From the NCBI RefSeq assembly GCF_054482525.1, contig NZ_CM137006.1: DNA of 64,000 nucleotides; one strand, given 5' to 3'. The notes beneath the pieces are model-generated. The model worked only from the letters and a program-made list of their open reading frames with translations. It was not told where the DNA came from and did no database searches. Made by a program: the position numbers and the translations under genes. Shown here in pieces: positions 25,378 through 35,574 of this stretch. Within the stretch, counting starts at the first letter, position 1, and each line of letters begins with the position of its first letter.

Positions 25378-25401
25378 GCCTTACGGAAATTGGAGCTAAC
25401 T

Positions 25402-26187
25402 ATGTCAATCGAATCTCTCAATGCGTTCTCAATGGATTTTTTCTCCCTGAAAGGTAAAACCGCAATTGTTACCGGCGGGAATAGCGGTTTAGGCCAGGCA
25501 TTTGCCATGGCGCTGGCCAAAGCAGGCGCAAATATCTTTATTCCAAGCTTCGTTAAAGATAACGGCGAAACAAAGGGAATGATTGAAAAACAGGGTGTTG
25601 AAGTTGATTTTATGCAGGTGGATATCACCGCAAAAGGCGCGCCGCAGAAGATAATCGCCGCCTGTTGCGAACGTTTCGGTACCGTCGATATTCTGGTTAA
25701 CAATGCCGGTATTTGTAAGCTGAATAAGGTGCTGGACTTCGGTCGTGCCGACTGGGATCCAATGATTGATGTGAACCTGACCGCCGCATTCGAGTTAAGC
25801 TATGAAGCTGCAAAAATTATGATCCCGCAGAAAAGCGGTAAAATCATTAATATCTGTTCATTGTTCTCTTACTTAGGTGGACAATGGTCACCTGCTTATT
25901 CTGCCACTAAACATGCTCTTGCCGTATTCACCAAAGCCTATTGCGATGAATTAGGTCAATATAATATTCAGGTGAATGGTATTGCTCCGGGATATTACGC
26001 TACCGATATCACTCTGGCGACCCGTAGTAATCCAGAAACTAACCAGCGCGTTCTTGATCATATTCCGGCAAACCGTTGGGGCGATACTCAGGATTTAATG
26101 GGCGCAGCCGTATTCCTCGCAAGTCCGGCATCGAATTATGTCAACGGACATTTATTAGTGGTTGATGGCGGTTATTTAGTGCGCTAA
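25402..26187 (+). CDS. ygcW: Short-chain dehydrogenase/reductase YgcW
   Basis: ORF from MSIESLNAFSMDFFSLKGKTAIVTGGNSGLGQAFA... (Rossmann TGxxxGxG); the upstream in-frame extension in the track spans the terminator hairpin and is unlikely to be coding. Confidence 0.85.
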   Translation: MSIESLNAFSMDFFSLKGKTAIVTGGNSGLGQAFAMALAKAGANIFIPSFVKDNGETKGMIEKQGVEVDFMQVDITAKGAPQKIIAACCERFGTVDILVNNAGICKLNKVLDFGRADWDPMIDVNLTAAFELSYEAAKIMIPQKSGKIINICSLFSYLGGQWSPAYSATKHALAVFTKAYCDELGQYNIQVNGIAPGYYATDITLATRSNPETNQRVLDHIPANRWGDTQDLMGAAVFLASPASNYVNGHLLVVDGGYLVR

Positions 26188-26256
26188 TCCATAACGGTGG
26201 TTTCTGTTTTCTCTTATTAATGATTATTCCATTTTTATTATCAGGAAGGAATTACT

Positions 26257-27711
26257 ATGTCTTTATCTCGCGCAGCGATTGTCGACCAGCTAAAGGAAAT
26301 TGTTGGTGCAGATCGCGTAATTACCGATGAAACAGTATTAAAGAAAAACAGTATTGACCGTTTTCGTAAATTTCCGGATATTCATGGTATTTATACTTTG
26401 CCGATTCCGGCAGCGGTCGTAAAACTCGGTTCCACAGAACAAGTCTCCCGTGTGCTGAATTTTATGAATGCGCACAAAATTAACGGTGTGCCGCGTACCG
26501 GCGCTTCCGCCACTGAAGGTGGGCTGGAAACCGTTGTGGAAAACTCGGTGGTGCTCGACGGCTCCGCCATGAATCAAATCATTAATATTGATATTGAGAA
26601 TATGCAGGCCACGGCGCAATGTGGCGTTCCGCTGGAAGTGCTGGAAAACGCGTTGCGTGAAAAAGGTTACACCACGGGGCATTCTCCGCAGTCAAAGCCG
26701 CTGGCGCAGATGGGCGGCCTGGTAGCAACCCGCAGTATCGGGCAGTTCTCCACACTCTACGGCGCAATCGAAGATATGGTCGTTGGTCTGGAAGCAGTAT
26801 TGGCTGATGGCACCGTGACACGCATTAAAAACGTGCCACGTCGCGCGGCTGGCCCGGACATTCGTCACATCATCATCGGCAACGAAGGTGCATTGTGCTA
26901 TATCACTGAAGTAACAGTGAAAATCTTTAAATTCACCCCAGAAAACAACCTCTTCTACGGCTATATCCTGGAAGACATGAAAACCGGCTTCAACATCCTG
27001 CGTGAAATCATGGTGGAAGGGTATCGTCCGTCGATCGCTCGTTTGTATGACGCTGAAGATGGCACCCAACACTTCACCCATTTTGCCGATGGTAAATGTG
27101 TGCTGATCTTTATGGCTGAAGGTAACCCTCGCATTGCGAAGGCGACAGGCGAAGGGATTGCTGAAATCGTGGCACGTTACCCGCAATGCCAGCGAGTGGA
27201 CAGCAAGCTGATCGAAACCTGGTTTAATCACCTGAACTGGGGGCCGGATAAAGTGGCCGCTGAACGTGTGCAGATCCTCAAAACCGGCAACATGGGCTTT
27301 ACCACCGAAGTGTCCGGCTGCTGGAGCTGCATCCACGAAATCTACGAAAGCGTTATTAACCGTATTCGTACCGAGTTCCCGCACGCCGACGACATCACCA
27401 TGCTGGGCGGTCACTCCTCTCACAGCTACCAGAACGGCACCAACATGTACTTCGTTTACGACTACAACGTTGTTGACTGTAAGCCGGAAGAGGAAATCGA
27501 CAAGTACCACAATCCGCTCAACAAAATCATCTGCGAAGAAACCATTCGCCTCGGCGGTTCGATGGTGCACCACCACGGTATTGGTAAACATCGCGTTCAC
27601 TGGAGCAAACTGGAACACGGCAGCGCGTGGACGTTGCTGGAAGGTCTGAAAAAACAGTTCGATCCTAACGGCATTATGAATACGGGTACTATCTATCCGA
27701 TTGAAAAATAA
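26257..27711 (+). CDS. ygcU: FAD-linked oxidase YgcU (alkyl-DHAP synthase-like)
   Basis: 484-aa ORF MSLSRAAIVDQLKEIVGADRVITDETVLKKNSIDRF... with FAD-binding PCMH-type domain. Confidence 0.88.
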   Translation: MSLSRAAIVDQLKEIVGADRVITDETVLKKNSIDRFRKFPDIHGIYTLPIPAAVVKLGSTEQVSRVLNFMNAHKINGVPRTGASATEGGLETVVENSVVLDGSAMNQIINIDIENMQATAQCGVPLEVLENALREKGYTTGHSPQSKPLAQMGGLVATRSIGQFSTLYGAIEDMVVGLEAVLADGTVTRIKNVPRRAAGPDIRHIIIGNEGALCYITEVTVKIFKFTPENNLFYGYILEDMKTGFNILREIMVEGYRPSIARLYDAEDGTQHFTHFADGKCVLIFMAEGNPRIAKATGEGIAEIVARYPQCQRVDSKLIETWFNHLNWGPDKVAAERVQILKTGNMGFTTEVSGCWSCIHEIYESVINRIRTEFPHADDITMLGGHSSHSYQNGTNMYFVYDYNVVDCKPEEEIDKYHNPLNKIICEETIRLGGSMVHHHGIGKHRVHWSKLEHGSAWTLLEGLKKQFDPNGIMNTGTIYPIEK

Positions 27712-27803
27712 TATGTCAGGCAGCGTTCCGCTATGAGGGGCGTTGCCTTTTCGGCTTCTCAGGCGAGAAGCCGTTCTTATTACCGGACAATGAAGGGGTA
27801 AAA

Positions 27804-29141
27804 ATGAACACTTCACCGGTGCGAATGGATGATTTACCGCTTAACCGTTTTCACTGCCGCATTGCTGCGCTCACTTTCGGCGCGCACCTGACCGACGGTT
27901 ATGTTCTCGGCGTCATTGGTTACGCCATTATTCAGCTTACACCCGCCATGCAACTGACGCCGTTTATGGCGGGAATGATTGGCGGCTCGGCGCTACTTGG
28001 CCTGTTTATCGGTAGCCTGGTTTTGGGGTGGATCTCCGACCATATTGGTCGGCAAAAAATCTTCACCTTCAGCTTTTTGCTGATTACGCTCGCTTCGTTC
28101 TTACAATTTTTTGCCACCACGCCAGAGCATCTTATTGGACTGCGCATTTTGATCGGCATTGGTCTGGGAGGCGATTACTCAGTAGGTCACACTTTGCTGG
28201 CTGAATTTTCTCCGCGCCGCCATCGCGGTATTTTGCTGGGCGCATTCAGCGTGGTGTGGACCGTAGGCTATGTGCTGGCAAGTATTGCCGGACATCACTT
28301 TATTAGCGAAAGCCCGGAGGCCTGGCGCTGGCTGCTGGCATCGGCAGCTCTGCCCGCATTGTTGATTACGTTATTACGCTGGGGAACGCCAGAATCGCCA
28401 CGCTGGCTACTGCGCCAGGGGCGTTTTGCAGAAGCTCACGCTATCGTGCATCGCTATTTTGGTCCCCATGTTTTACTGGGCGATGAAGTGGCAACGGCGA
28501 CCCATAAACACATCAAAACCTTGTTCTCTTCGCGCTACTGGCGGCGCACAGCGTTTAACAGCGTCTTCTTTGTCTGCCTCGTAATCCCATGGTTTGTGAT
28601 TTATACCTGGCTGCCAACTATCGCCCAAACTATTGGTCTGGAAGATGCGCTGACCGCTAGCCTGATGCTTAATGCGTTGTTAATTGTGGGCGCGCTGCTG
28701 GGATTAGTTCTGACGCACCTGCTGGCACATCGCAAGTTTTTGCTGGGAAGTTTTTTGCTGCTGGCGGCAACGCTGGTAGTAATGGCCTGTTTGCCTTCCG
28801 GCAGTTCATTAACGCTGCTGCTTTTTGTTCTCTTCAGCACCACCATTTCGGCAGTCAGTAATCTGGTGGGCATTTTGCCTGCGGAAAGTTTTCCTACTGA
28901 CATTCGCTCGCTGGGCGTCGGTTTTGCCACCGCCATGAGTCGGTTGGGCGCGGCAGTAAGTACGGGCCTGCTGCCGTGGGTGCTGGCGCAGTGGGGAATG
29001 CAAGTCACCTTATTGCTCCTGGCGGCAGTGTTGTTGGTTGGTTTTGTCGTGACCTGGCTATGGGCACCAGAAACCAAAGCACTCCCGCTGGTGGCGGCGG
29101 GAAATGTTGGAGGTGCGAATGAACATTCTGTTAGCGTTTAA
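27804..29141 (+). CDS. ygcS: MFS transporter YgcS
   Basis: 445-aa polytopic membrane ORF MNTSPVRMDDLPLNRFHCRIAALTFGAHLTDGYVLGVIGYA... Confidence 0.85.
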   Translation: MNTSPVRMDDLPLNRFHCRIAALTFGAHLTDGYVLGVIGYAIIQLTPAMQLTPFMAGMIGGSALLGLFIGSLVLGWISDHIGRQKIFTFSFLLITLASFLQFFATTPEHLIGLRILIGIGLGGDYSVGHTLLAEFSPRRHRGILLGAFSVVWTVGYVLASIAGHHFISESPEAWRWLLASAALPALLITLLRWGTPESPRWLLRQGRFAEAHAIVHRYFGPHVLLGDEVATATHKHIKTLFSSRYWRRTAFNSVFFVCLVIPWFVIYTWLPTIAQTIGLEDALTASLMLNALLIVGALLGLVLTHLLAHRKFLLGSFLLLAATLVVMACLPSGSSLTLLLFVLFSTTISAVSNLVGILPAESFPTDIRSLGVGFATAMSRLGAAVSTGLLPWVLAQWGMQVTLLLLAAVLLVGFVVTWLWAPETKALPLVAAGNVGGANEHSVSV

Positions 29142-29898
29142 AGCCGAACCGGATGCCGGAATGCTGGCGGAAAAAGAGTGGCAGGCGGCGGCTCAGGGTA
29201 ATAGCGGACCGGATGTTTCGCTTCTGCGAAGTTTACTCGGTGCTGATGAACAGGCTGCCGCCGCGCTGCTGTTGACGCAGAGAAAAAACGGTACGTCGAT
29301 GTCTTTAACCGCGTTGAGCATGGGGGATGAACGGGCGTTGCACTGGCTGCGCTATCTCATGGCTCTTGGGTTTGAGGAAGCTGTATTACTGGAGACGGCG
29401 GCAGATCTGCGCTTTGCGCCGGAATTTGTCGCTCGCCATATTGCCGAATGGCAGCGTCAGAATCCGCTGGATCTGATAATTACCGGCTGCCAAAGCAGCG
29501 AAGGGCAGAATGGGCAAACGCCATTTTTGCTGGCGGAAATGCTGGGCTGGCCCTGCTTCACCCAGGTGGAGCGTTTTACTCTCGAAGCGCCGTTTATCAC
29601 CCTCGAACAGCGTACTGAAAACGGGCTGCGCTGTTGCCGGGTTCGCTTGCCTGCGGTGATTGCCGTGCGTCAGTGCGGTGAAGTGGCCTTGCCAGTACCG
29701 GGAATGCGCCAGCGAATGGCGGCGGGGAAAGCAGAAATTATCCGTAAAACTGTTGCTGCCGAATTGCCAGCGATGCTGTGTCTGCAACTGGCAAGAGCAG
29801 AGCAACAACGCGGAGCGACGCTGATTGATGGGCAAACGGTAGCAGAAAAAGCGCAAAAGCTATGGCAGGACTATTTACGTCAAAGGATGCAGCCATGA
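29119..29898 (+). CDS. ygcR: Electron-transfer-flavoprotein beta-subunit-like protein YgcR
   Basis: ORF from MNILLAFKAEPDAGMLAEKEWQAAAQGN... (259 aa); overlaps the ygcS end and ygcQ start, suggesting translational coupling. Confidence 0.82.
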   Translation: MNILLAFKAEPDAGMLAEKEWQAAAQGNSGPDVSLLRSLLGADEQAAAALLLTQRKNGTSMSLTALSMGDERALHWLRYLMALGFEEAVLLETAADLRFAPEFVARHIAEWQRQNPLDLIITGCQSSEGQNGQTPFLLAEMLGWPCFTQVERFTLEAPFITLEQRTENGLRCCRVRLPAVIAVRQCGEVALPVPGMRQRMAAGKAEIIRKTVAAELPAMLCLQLARAEQQRGATLIDGQTVAEKAQKLWQDYLRQRMQP

Positions 29899-30755
29899 AT
29901 ATCGCAATTGTGACAATAAATCAGGAGAATGCCGCAATAGCGAGCTGGCAGGCGGCGCAGGATTTCAGCGGTTGTACCCTGGCGCACTGGAAGATTGAAC
30001 CTCAGCCCGCTGTGGCGGAACAGGTGCTGGATGCGCTGGTGGAACAGTGGCAGCGAACGCCTGCGGACGTTGTTCTCTTTCCGCCGGGAACGTTTGGCGA
30101 TGAACTGTCGACCCGGCTGGCCTGGCGTTTACATGGTGCAAGCATCTGCCAGGTGACTTCGTTAGATATTTCAACCGTAAGCGTGCGCAAATCCCACTGG
30201 GGAAATGCGCTAACGGCGACGCTGCAAACAGAAAAACGCCCGCTATGCCTTTCCCTTGCCCGCCAGGCGGGAGCAGTGAAAAACGCCACGTTGCCCTCTG
30301 GTATGCAGCAACTGAACATTGTCCCAGGTGCGCTTCCCGACTGGCTGGTTAGCATAGAAAACCTGAAAAATGTTACCCGCGACTCATTAGCTGAAGCCAG
30401 ACGGGTGCTGGTGGTGGGGCAGGGCGGAGAGGCAGATAACCAGGAAATCGCTATGCTGGCAGAAAAGCTGGGAGCCGAAGTGGGCTACAGTCGGGCGCGA
30501 GTAATGAACGGTGGTGTTGATGCCGAAAAAGTGATTGGTATTTCCGGACATTTGCTGGCACCTGAGGTGTGTATTGTTGTTGGCGCTTCCGGCGCAGCAG
30601 CATTAATGGCGGGCGTACGCAATAGCAAGTTTGTGGTGGCGATTAATCATGACGCCAGCGCGGCGGTATTTTCACAGGCAGATGTTGGCGTGGTTGATGA
30701 CTGGAAAGCGGTGCTGGAGGCACTGGTGACAACCATTCACGCAGATTGCCAATAA
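29895..30755 (+). CDS. ygcQ: Electron-transfer-flavoprotein alpha-subunit-like protein YgcQ
   Basis: ORF from MNIAIVTINQENAAIASWQAAQDF... (286 aa). Confidence 0.82.
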   Translation: MNIAIVTINQENAAIASWQAAQDFSGCTLAHWKIEPQPAVAEQVLDALVEQWQRTPADVVLFPPGTFGDELSTRLAWRLHGASICQVTSLDISTVSVRKSHWGNALTATLQTEKRPLCLSLARQAGAVKNATLPSGMQQLNIVPGALPDWLVSIENLKNVTRDSLAEARRVLVVGQGGEADNQEIAMLAEKLGAEVGYSRARVMNGGVDAEKVIGISGHLLAPEVCIVVGASGAAALMAGVRNSKFVVAINHDASAAVFSQADVGVVDDWKAVLEALVTTIHADCQ

Positions 30756-30760
30756 CTTGC

Positions 30761-30866
30761 TGCCGGATGATCCTGCCTACGGTTCTGGCCTGGGGACTTG
30801 TAAGCCTGATAAGACGCGTCAAGCGTCGCATCAGGCGCTGAATGTCGGATGTGGCGTGCAGCCTAC
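30761..30866. repeat. REP/BIME-like palindromic units between convergent ygcQ and ygcP
   Basis: tgccggatgatcctgcctacgg ... gcctgataagacgcgtcaagcgtcgcatcaggc ... gtcggatgtggcgtgcagcctac. Confidence 0.6.
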
Positions 30867-30901
30867 AAATCACACAAATTCAATTCGTTACGATTATCCC
30901 G

Positions 30902-31477
30902 TCAAAGCAATTTTTTCGCTAGCGTCCAGACCCCGGTATTTGTGGTGGAAAGCGCCACGACACCTGCGTTAATCGCATTACGCGCATCTTCTTCATCGCA
31001 CACCAGCCCGCCGGCAATCAGCGGTTGGCGGATTTTCTCCGTCACCCAGCCCAGCACTTTAGGCATACAGCCTGGCAGGATCTCAATACAATCCGGATTC
31101 GATTGCGCAACTTGCTTATCAATGTTGTGAAACGAAATCGAATCAACAATAAACAGGCGATGAATACAGAAAAAACCTTCCGCTCTTGCCGCTTTCAACA
31201 TTGAGGCTTTGGTACTGATAATGCCGTCCGCCTCAGTCACCAGTTTCAAAAACTGAATCACCACTTCTTTATTTGACGCGCCTTCCAGCAAATCAACATG
31301 AATAAAAGCATATTTTCCGGCATTTTTAATCTTTTTAACGATTTGACTAATGGTGCAGATATTGCCGTACAACACGGAAATAAACTGGCATTCAGAGTCG
31401 ATTGCCAGTTGCAGGCTGGCATTATCTTTAACGGCAGCAATCACCGGATTCTGGCGGAGCAGGTGTAAGAGGGGCAT
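30902..31477 (-). CDS. ygcP: GlpP-like glycerol-3-phosphate-responsive antiterminator family protein YgcP
   Basis: 191-aa ORF MPLLHLLRQNPVIAAVKDNASLQLAIDSECQFISVLYGNICTI... Confidence 0.82.
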   Translation of the reverse strand: MPLLHLLRQNPVIAAVKDNASLQLAIDSECQFISVLYGNICTISQIVKKIKNAGKYAFIHVDLLEGASNKEVVIQFLKLVTEADGIISTKASMLKAARAEGFFCIHRLFIVDSISFHNIDKQVAQSNPDCIEILPGCMPKVLGWVTEKIRQPLIAGGLVCDEEDARNAINAGVVALSTTNTGVWTLAKKLL

Positions 31478-31493
31478 AAATTATCCTTATTAT

Positions 31494-31754
31494 TTATCCA
31501 AAGCGGTAGGTGATGCCGAATCCGGAAGGCGGATAGTGCCACTGTTGTAGCGTTTTTTCATCGCACAGCAAACGGCAGGTGCCGCACTCCAGACAATTAC
31601 GATAATCAACGTGAAAATCACCTTCCGGTGTGAGCGAAAAAAGACCAGCCGGACAAGCGTTAATCAACTGTTGTGCCGTCTGGCGCTCAACGGAGTCAGC
31701 CGGAACAATGTGCGGCGCATCGGCAACGCGCCAGAGATTACGGGCTACAGACAT
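31494..31754 (-). CDS. ygcO: Ferredoxin-like protein YgcO (FixX-like)
   Basis: ORF from MSVARNLWRVADAPHIVPADS... (86 aa) with cysteine motif CLECGTCRLLC; start chosen to abut ygcN. Confidence 0.78.
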   Translation of the reverse strand: MSVARNLWRVADAPHIVPADSVERQTAQQLINACPAGLFSLTPEGDFHVDYRNCLECGTCRLLCDEKTLQQWHYPPSGFGITYRFG

Positions 31755-33016
31755 CGCAGACTCCTGATAACATCGCCCGCCAGATGCCACAGGCCGTGAC
31801 GACGTAAATGACGCCAGAATAACTGGCGCAGCGGTGGAACAGGTTTATCACCCTGATCCCATAAATCGCGGGAAATATCCTGCATTAACGCAGGCCACGC
31901 ACGGTACCATCCAGGGCGTTGCAAAAGCGCCGGAACATGCTGATAACGTTGTAGAACATCCCATAGCAGGCTGCGCTCGACGTTGTGATGATAAAGCGCA
32001 AACAGATTTTGCGGCTCGCGGTGCTGGCAGGCGCTTATCAGCGTTTGTGCCGCCGCCTGCGCGCCAGTTAGCGCCATATCCATGCCGCGCACGGAAATTC
32101 CGGTATTGACGCAACTGCGCAACGCATCGCCCACCAGCAGCCAGCCGTTACCGGCGTATTGCATCGGCATACTGTGTAAGCCACCTTCTGGAACCAGATG
32201 CGCACCATACTCCAGTGATTCCGTGTTTTTGATAAGCGGGCGCACTGCCGGATGCGTTTTAAAGCGAGCCAGCAGCTCGCTTGCCGGAACACGACTTTGC
32301 GTAAGTGAAGAGAGCGGGCAAACAATCCCTAACGAGAGCGTTTGTTGATTAGTATAAAGAAATGCGCCGCCGGGTAAGTCATCACAGATTCCGCCGCTGA
32401 ACAGCAACGCTGCGCCTTCGTTATTCTCCAGATGAAAACGTTCTTCAATAGCGGATGTTTCCAGCGCCAGCACTTCTTTGATCCCCAACGCCATCGCTTC
32501 GCCAGCAGGACGAGTCACTAACCCGTGACGCTCAGCCAGGACGCTGTTGGCACCTTCTGCCAGCACCACATAACGGGCGCGGAGAATATCGTCACCACAA
32601 ATGACACCACACACCCTGCCGTTTTCTTCATACAGCGCATCCACCGTCGCACCAGGGATGCATTCGACACCTTCTTTTTCGGCTTCGGCAACCAGCCATG
32701 GATCGAACCGTGCACGTAATACGCTCCAGGATTCACCGCCGGGCTGTAAGCTGGAAAACGTCGTTGCGCCATCCGGCGTTAACAGGGAAAGGCTTTCGTG
32801 AGTGATGCGTCGTTCAAGAGGCGCGCTCAGATGAAATTGCGGGAGGAGTTCCGCGAGCGCATGGGTGTATAAACGCCCGCCGGAAAGATTTTTGCTGCCG
32901 GGAATTTCAGCGCGTTCCAGTAACAGAACGGACAAACCTGCCCGCGCGCAGCGTAAAGCACAAGCGGTGCCTGCTATACCCGCACCAATAATAATAATGT
33001 CGCAGTCGTCTTCCAT
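31745..33016 (-). CDS. ygcN: FAD-dependent oxidoreductase YgcN (FixC/ETF-QO-like)
   Basis: ORF from MEDDCDIIIIGAGIAGTACALRCARAGLSVLLLER... (423 aa), FAD-binding GxGxxG. Confidence 0.85.
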   Translation of the reverse strand: MEDDCDIIIIGAGIAGTACALRCARAGLSVLLLERAEIPGSKNLSGGRLYTHALAELLPQFHLSAPLERRITHESLSLLTPDGATTFSSLQPGGESWSVLRARFDPWLVAEAEKEGVECIPGATVDALYEENGRVCGVICGDDILRARYVVLAEGANSVLAERHGLVTRPAGEAMALGIKEVLALETSAIEERFHLENNEGAALLFSGGICDDLPGGAFLYTNQQTLSLGIVCPLSSLTQSRVPASELLARFKTHPAVRPLIKNTESLEYGAHLVPEGGLHSMPMQYAGNGWLLVGDALRSCVNTGISVRGMDMALTGAQAAAQTLISACQHREPQNLFALYHHNVERSLLWDVLQRYQHVPALLQRPGWYRAWPALMQDISRDLWDQGDKPVPPLRQLFWRHLRRHGLWHLAGDVIRSLRCL

Positions 33017-33093
33017 GTCATGCCCCAGATATCCAGAACACAACACCCTAACATGGCGTTACTTAAGGGAAATTGACCGCCAACACACTCTTA

Positions 33094-33459
33094 TCATTCG
33101 CCGCGATAGATACAGCCTGCAGTACAGGTTTCTTTCACCATCACCGCACTTAACAGCGGCACAACGGGTTTAACTTGATCCCAAATCCATTTTGCTAAAA
33201 CTTCGCTGGTTGGGTTTTCCAGACCTGGAATATCATTGAGATAATAGTGATCGAGGCGATCATAGGTTGGTTTAAATGCCGCTTTCAGTTCAGCGAAATC
33301 GATAATCCAGCCCGTATGCGGATCGACTTCCCCGGTAATTTCCAGTCGCACCATAAAGGAATGCCCGTGCAGGCGACCACATTTATGCCCTTCCGGGACG
33401 TGTGGTAAGCGGTGAGCGGCTTCGAAGGTGAAATCTTTAAATAACGTGGTGGACATCAT
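33094..33459 (-). CDS. queD: 6-carboxy-5,6,7,8-tetrahydropterin synthase QueD
   Basis: ORF from [35 protein letters not shown]... (121 aa). Confidence 0.9.
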   Translation of the reverse strand: MMSTTLFKDFTFEAAHRLPHVPEGHKCGRLHGHSFMVRLEITGEVDPHTGWIIDFAELKAAFKPTYDRLDHYYLNDIPGLENPTSEVLAKWIWDQVKPVVPLLSAVMVKETCTAGCIYRGE

Positions 33460-33774
33460 AATTTCTCTACATGACGATAAAACCGCCGTAGAGTACCGGA
33501 AAGGCTGTTTTTTCGCATTATCTAAAACGACTTTGTTGCGCAAAATCGCTGATTTATCTTATTGATGGGCAATATTCATTTGTTTTTCATTGGGTTGGTT
33601 AATCTATTTTGTTGTTAAAGACTATTGCTAAAACAGGTTAGTCGATTTGGTTATTAGTTATCGCTATCCCGTCTTTAATCCACACCGTTCACCCCGTTAA
33701 CCTTACCTTCTCTTCTGTTTTATGGGCGCTGACAGGGCGCAGAAACAGCTTTGCTTACTGGAACATAACGACGC

Positions 33775-35574
33775 ATGACGACACAGGTCCCACCTTCCGC
33801 GTTGCTTCCGTTGAACCCGGAGCAACTGGCACGCCTTCAGGCGGCCACGACCGATTTAACTCCCACCCAGCTTGCCTGGGTTTCTGGCTATTTCTGGGGC
33901 GTACTCAACCAGCAGCCTGCAGCGCTTGCAGCGACGCCAGCGCCCGCCGCAGAAATGCCGGGTATAACTATTATCTCCGCTTCGCAAACCGGCAATGCGC
34001 GCCGGGTTGCTGAAGCATTACGCGATGATTTATTAGCGGCAAAACTGAACGTTAAGCTGGTGAACGCGGGCGACTATAAATTCAAACAAATCGCCAGCGA
34101 AAAACTGCTCATCGTGGTGACGTCAACGCAAGGGGAAGGGGAACCGCCGGAAGAAGCCGTCGCGCTGCATAAGTTCCTGTTCTCCAAAAAAGCGCCAAAG
34201 CTGGAAAACACTGCATTTGCCGTGTTTAGCCTCGGCGATAGCTCTTATGAATTTTTCTGCCAGTCCGGGAAAGATTTTGACAGCAAGCTGGCGGAACTGG
34301 GCGGTGAACGCCTGCTCGACCGTGTCGATGCCGACGTTGAATACCAGGCTGCTGCCAGCGAGTGGCGCGCCCGCGTGGTTGATGTTCTGAAGTCCCGTGC
34401 GCCTGTCGCGGCACCTTCGCAATCCGTCGCTACTGGCGCGGTAAATGAAATCCACACCAGCCCGTACAGCAAAGACGCGCCGCTGGTGGCGAGCCTTTCG
34501 GTTAACCAGAAAATTACCGGGCGTAACTCTGAAAAAGACGTTCGCCATATCGAAATTGACTTAGGTGACTCTGGCCTGCGTTATCAGCCGGGTGACGCGC
34601 TGGGCATCTGGTATCAGAACGATCCGGCACTGGTGAAAGAACTTGTCGAACTGCTGTGGCTGAAAGGCGATGAACCTGTCACCGTTGAGGGCAAAACGCT
34701 GACCCTGAGCGAAGCGCTCCAGTGGCACTTTGAACTCACCGTCAACACCGCGAATATTGTTGAGAACTACGCCACGCTTACCCGCAGCGAAACGCTGCTG
34801 CCGCTGGTGGGCGATAAAGCGAAGTTACAGCATTACGCCGCGACCACGCCGATTGTTGACATGGTGCGTTTCTCTCCGGCGCAACTGGATGCCGAAGCGC
34901 TGATTAACCTGCTGCGCCCGCTGACCCCGCGCCTGTATTCCATCGCCTCCTCGCAGGCGGAAGTCGAGAACGAAGTACATGTCACCGTTGGTGTGGTGCG
35001 TTACGACGTGGAAGGCCGAGCCCGTGCCGGTGGTGCCTCCAGCTTCCTCGCGGATCGCGTGGAAGAAGAGGGCGAAGTCCGCGTCTTTATCGAACATAAC
35101 GATAACTTCCGCCTGCCAGCCAACCCGGAAACCCCGGTGATTATGATTGGCCCAGGCACCGGCATCGCGCCGTTCCGCGCCTTTATGCAGCAACGCGCCG
35201 CTGACGAAGCGCCAGGTAAAAACTGGCTGTTCTTTGGCAACCCGCACTTTACGGAAGATTTCCTCTACCAGGTGGAGTGGCAGCGCTACGTGAAAGAAGG
35301 CGTATTGAGCCGCATCGATCTTGCCTGGTCGCGCGACCAAAAAGAAAAAGTTTATGTACAAGACAAACTGCGCGAACAGGGCGCGGAGCTGTGGCGCTGG
35401 ATCAATGACGGTGCCCACATTTATGTCTGCGGCGACGCTAATCGCATGGCGAAAGACGTTGAGCAGGCACTTCTGGAAGTGATTGCCGAATTTGGTGGCA
35501 TGGACACCGAAGCGGCGGATGAATTTTTAAGTGAGCTGCGCGTAGAGCGCCGTTATCAGCGAGATGTCTACTAA
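33775..35574 (+). CDS. cysJ: Sulfite reductase [NADPH] flavoprotein alpha subunit CysJ
   Basis: 599-aa ORF with flavodoxin, FAD and NADPH domains. Confidence 0.95.
   Translation: MTTQVPPSALLPLNPEQLARLQAATTDLTPTQLAWVSGYFWGVLNQQPAALAATPAPAAEMPGITIISASQTGNARRVAEALRDDLLAAKLNVKLVNAGDYKFKQIASEKLLIVVTSTQGEGEPPEEAVALHKFLFSKKAPKLENTAFAVFSLGDSSYEFFCQSGKDFDSKLAELGGERLLDRVDADVEYQAAASEWRARVVDVLKSRAPVAAPSQSVATGAVNEIHTSPYSKDAPLVASLSVNQKITGRNSEKDVRHIEIDLGDSGLRYQPGDALGIWYQNDPALVKELVELLWLKGDEPVTVEGKTLTLSEALQWHFELTVNTANIVENYATLTRSETLLPLVGDKAKLQHYAATTPIVDMVRFSPAQLDAEALINLLRPLTPRLYSIASSQAEVENEVHVTVGVVRYDVEGRARAGGASSFLADRVEEEGEVRVFIEHNDNFRLPANPETPVIMIGPGTGIAPFRAFMQQRAADEAPGKNWLFFGNPHFTEDFLYQVEWQRYVKEGVLSRIDLAWSRDQKEKVYVQDKLREQGAELWRWINDGAHIYVCGDANRMAKDVEQALLEVIAEFGGMDTEAADEFLSELRVERRYQRDVY

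Noticed and set aside
25327-25401. Track's N-terminal extension of ygcW (MRKVTSLSRGKLPFFFFALRKLELT...)
   Set aside because: The extension is the translation of the terminator hairpin and T-tract; the start at 25402 (MSIESL...) has a proper spacing to GGAG and is taken as the ygcW start.
26692-27816. 374-aa minus-strand ORF antisense to ygcU
   Set aside because: Embedded in ygcU on the opposite strand; composition-driven open frame.
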